Shown piece after piece: positions 60,369 to 64,000 of a stretch of DNA of 64,000 nt. Positions within the stretch are counted from its first letter, which is position 1. The number at the start of each line of letters is the position of its first letter. Made by a program: the position numbers and the translations under genes. The stretch is from the human T2T-CHM13v2.0 reference genome, Homo sapiens: NCBI RefSeq assembly GCF_009914755.1, contig NC_060946.1. One strand, 5' to 3'. The notes under the pieces were generated by a model. That model was not told the origin of the DNA. It did not search any database and saw nothing but the letters and a program-made list of their open reading frames with translations.

Positions 60369-62102
60369 GCGAATTTAGTTCACATTGGTATTGTGTCAAA
60401 ATGTTGATTCTTTTAAAGTAAATCTAAAGAATTTAAATGTAGTTGAAGCTTGTCATCTGCTCTTTATTTTTTTAATAAAAATAAAATATTTAGATTCAGA
60501 GTAAATCTAAAGTGAGACCTGAAGCTGCTCCCAGGTGATACTGATGCTGCTTATTTTTGCCCAGATTTTGAGTCACAAGATTCTAAATTGTTGGTTTGAA
60601 GTCCTACATGAGTAATCACTTGGGGAGCTCAATTAACACCCAGCAACAGACTAATTATTAATAAATCAGAATATTCAGTATTAGGCTTTAATCATTGGCA
60701 ATTTTTTTTTTGACACACAGTCTCCCACTGTCGCCCAGGCTGAAGTCCTGAGGCCAGAATGAGACTAGGACATGGTTCCTTTGCCTAAGTAAAGTGAGGC
60801 AGACAATGGAACACTTCAGACTTCAAATTAGTATGGTAAGTGCTATGAAGAGTATGATTAGAGTTCATTATTTACCCAGAAAAGGGTCACTCAGCCCAGC
60901 CTGGGAGTTAGAGAAGGTTTCCAGAAGTCTTGACATGTGAGTCATGAAAGGACATAAGGAGTTAACCACGTGACAAAATAAGCTAAGAGAATTCTCAACA
61001 AAAGACAAAATATTGGCAAAGGCTTTTAGGCATATACTAGCTTAGTATTATTGGGAGAATGTAATGATTTTCTGTATTGCAAAAGTGTAAAATACAAAGT
61101 GGACCATGATATGAGATAAACCAGTAAATAAGTTCTGGGAACAGATCATAGAAGGGCGTGTATGCTGTCCTAAGGAGCTTAAACTTCAACTTCAGTTCAT
61201 GGGAGCCAATGACAAGATCTGAGCAGGGGAAGGATGTGGCTAGAGGGGCATTTTAGACAGACAAGATCCTCTGTGGATTACACCTAGGCTAAGCAACAGG
61301 TTAAAGTTGTTGTCTTAAGACAATAGTCCAGGTAAAAGATAATAAAGTTTTAAATTAGGATGTTAGTAGGAATGAGGAAGAGGAATGGATTTCAGAAATA
61401 GTAAGGAAATGTATTAGCAGGACTTGATTAGTGATTGACTTGGGGAAGGAGGGGAAGATAGAGTTCAGGATGACTCCGAGACTGTCTGGTGTCGGTGGCT
61501 AATGACTGAAGCTATTAATAGAGGTAGGAAGTGCAGACCAAAAGCAGGCCCGGGGTGAGAGATGATAAATTTGAATTTCAACATGTTGAGTTTGGACATC
61601 CAGGATGAAATAACCACAAAACATTTAAATATACGAATCTGAAAAGGTAAGCATCATAAGCATATTAGCTATTGGTAAAATTCTGATATTTAATGAAGTC
61701 TCGCAGGGAGGCAGTACAGAGGCAAGCAATGGGCTGGGGATAAACATAGGGAAATATTACTTAAATAAAGATGAAAGAAAAGGAGCCCACAAAGAAAGCT
61801 GAAAAGGCATATTCAAAAAACAGGCTTGCCAAAGTGCCACCTTTGAAGCTCTGCTGTTACACTTTATAAGGAAACTTTTAGTTACCTGGGATTATATGCA
61901 TTTATAAAAGTTTCTATTATTAGGAAGACAATAATAATGATAAGGCTCTTTCTCATTGTTGTCAGTGTAATTTATCTATTTAATTATAGAACCTAGTTCC
62001 AGGATGCTTAATCTGAAGTATATACTTGGGGAAAAATGAATTATATCTTAATAATAATCTGGAATTTTTCTCTCTAACTTGACATATTTTAATTCTTGCT
62101 AG

Positions 62103-62204
62103 ATTTTCAAAACGTCATACCTCGAACCACCACCAGATGGCTATGAGAATGTTACAAGTATTGTGCCACCATATAATTCTTTCTCAGCCCAAGGCATGCC
62201 AGAG
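62103..62204 (+). pseudogene. NAALAD2: Isolated NAALAD2-like internal exon (glutamate carboxypeptidase III family)
   Basis: TTCTTGCTAG|...|GTAAAA; 102 nt, open: [34 protein letters not shown] vs recalled NAALAD2 [34 protein letters not shown] (FOLH1 is more distant). Confidence 0.88.
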
Positions 62205-62504
62205 GTAAAATAAAATACATTTGTAACCCAAGTCTTTAAATGGTTCTTTTGCTATATAAAACCTGTATAGAGGACTAAAACCAAGGAAATTAGGTGAGTC
62301 ATTCATGCGGATTCATTGTTTGATATTCATTACTATGAAAACCTCATCCCTCAAATTTAAAAAATTATAATAAAATAGAACACCAGACACAGAAAAAAGA
62401 AACAAAACAAATACATTAAAAACTGACCTTGCTGAAGCAGATGCCACTCTTTGAAATAACAAAGAAACTGCTGAACATGCCTTTAATTCAGTGAGGCAGT
62501 AGGT

Positions 62505-62600
62505 GTTTTTTTGTTTGTTTGCTTTTGTTTCGTTTTGTTTTTTTGAGATGGAGTTTCGCTCTTGTCACCCAGGCTGGAGTGTAGTGGCACAATCTGGGCC
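62505..62600 (-). mobile_element. Truncated Alu at a probable duplicon junction
   Basis: T-rich tail plus about 55 nt of Alu, ending abruptly at ...CACAATCTGGGCC. Confidence 0.8.
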
Positions 62601-63363
62601 AAGCAATTCTCTTGTAAATAAAATTTACAATAAAGTTGTAGAGTGTAGGGCTGTCAGAAATTTCACTTAGTCTCAAAGGAATTTGTTGAGTGTAAAAGTA
62701 TTTAGTGCTATAATAACAATGTCTCTGTCAGTGTGAAATTGCTTCTTTTTTGAAATGAATATAAAAAGAATTTATCAGAAGCATCTTTAATAAATTCAAT
62801 AGAATTTACTAACAAACTTAAGACATTGTTCCTAGGAGTAAAAGGAAAAACAATTCTCTGAAGATGCACAAAGATGATAACTTTGTCACGCCTAGATCTG
62901 CCATTATCCAGAGCTGTGGGTCTCTTTAAGACCCAGGGGCTAAATGGGCTGCACCTTATTCTTGGTGTGATGATCCCCATATTCTATCCCCTTTCCTGCC
63001 TTTGGTATAATTTCTTATGGTTCTCCAGCATGGAGAGCTGACTAGTAATACCAGGTCTCATTATTTCAACTAAAATCTCTGTTTCACTCGCTGACTATAG
63101 GAGCCTGGATTAAAATCAACTTGAAGCCCTCTATCAATCTAGGCTCAAATAGTCAATTGTTTCAAAGTAGGATGACAAAGGCCATATCCCCTGAGTAAAG
63201 CTCTGAGCTGCGCTCCCCACCAGCCTGTTCCTGGGGTCTCAGGTGCATCTGCCCTAGAGTCTGGCTTTCTGGAGAGCAGGTGAAGGGGGAAAAGCCAGGT
63301 CAGTGAACCTCTCTCCTTAGCAAGGGCAGCTGCTGCCCAATGCATGTTCTTGCCATGCACCAG

Positions 63364-63669
63364 GGCATTATCCTGACCCAGATGCCAGCCACCCTGTCTC
63401 ACATCCATTTAGAGAGAATCTCCATCTTCTGCCAAGACACTGCCCATGTAGATGAAAAAGTATTTTGCATCCAAACATATCTTAAGCACTGATTTGAACC
63501 TCAATACTTCACACAGATGCCTTTGTCCAGGGCGTGTCGGCCTGGCTCAACAGCAGGGGAAGTGGAGCCAATTACGTCAGTGTCAGTGGACTGAGAAATA
63601 CTCCAGGGAGTAGTTCTCATGCACGACTACCAGTGGCCAGACCAAGGTAGTGCAGCCTGTGCACAAACC
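63364..63669 (+). pseudogene. Highly decayed immunoglobulin kappa V-like relic/orphon with degenerate 12-RSS
   Basis: GIILTQMPATLSHIHLERISIFC resembles IGKV FR1 ([23 protein letters not shown]); after a frameshift GVSAWLNSRGSGANY..VSGL resembles FR3 (GIPARFSGSGSGTDF..ISSL); nonamer-like GCACAAACC at 63661-63669. Confidence 0.62.
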
Positions 63670-64000
63670 TCCTGCTGCTTTTCCAGAGGACTGGATTTCT
63701 GGGAAATGGCTACTGAACAGGCTGCCAGGATCCATATATCCAGATTCAGAGAGATACATCTCTGGATTCAAATGCGCTTTTTCTTTGTGCATAATTTTTG
63801 CAGTCATTGTTACTACGCCTTGGGGATTCTAGTCATTATACTTCAGCCGACTCTCTATGGCCCTTTCTCCCCTTCACTGCTCTATCTGAACCTGGGGAAG
63901 CAGCTCAGGCTGCAAATGAGGCAGACCTCATGGCCTGGAATTAGCATCCCCTAGGACGGCTGTCAATCAGTGATGACAAGGGAGGCGTACACATCCCCCA

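Overview
Human/great-ape nuclear DNA with the mosaic structure of a pericentromeric segmental-duplication block. There is no intact protein-coding gene. From left to right: (i) a 22q12-type duplicon with a CpG island and a copy of TTC28 exon 1 that carries an in-frame stop, plus a 5'-truncated, inactivated L1PA2/3 (about 1-14.8 kb); (ii) a junction zone of REP522-like GC-rich sequence, two CAGGG/(CCCTGG)n arrays with internal strand flips, and a 3-kb almost C-free (GATGA/GAAAT)n array (about 14.8-26 kb); (iii) AT-rich, repeat-rich DNA of unidentified origin (about 26-41 kb); (iv) a frameshifted TRIM43-like RING/B-box exon on the minus strand, with MaLR fragments and a DUX4-type motif upstream; (v) a lone NAALAD2-like exon that is intact and has both splice sites; (vi) a heavily decayed Ig kappa V-like relic with a degenerate 12-RSS at the right end. 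About 35 Alu copies or fragments, old L1M pieces, MLT1/MST LTRs, Tigger3 and MER2 fill the rest. Nearly all ORFs in the supplied track are Alu, L1 or low-complexity artefacts, and the real gene fragments (TTC28, NAALAD2, IGKV-like) are missing from it. I see no well-supported novel biological system. The most notable signals are the orphan exons, a possible captured promoter, and fold-back junctions in both tandem arrays. Gene identities come from recalled protein sequences and need confirmation by alignment.
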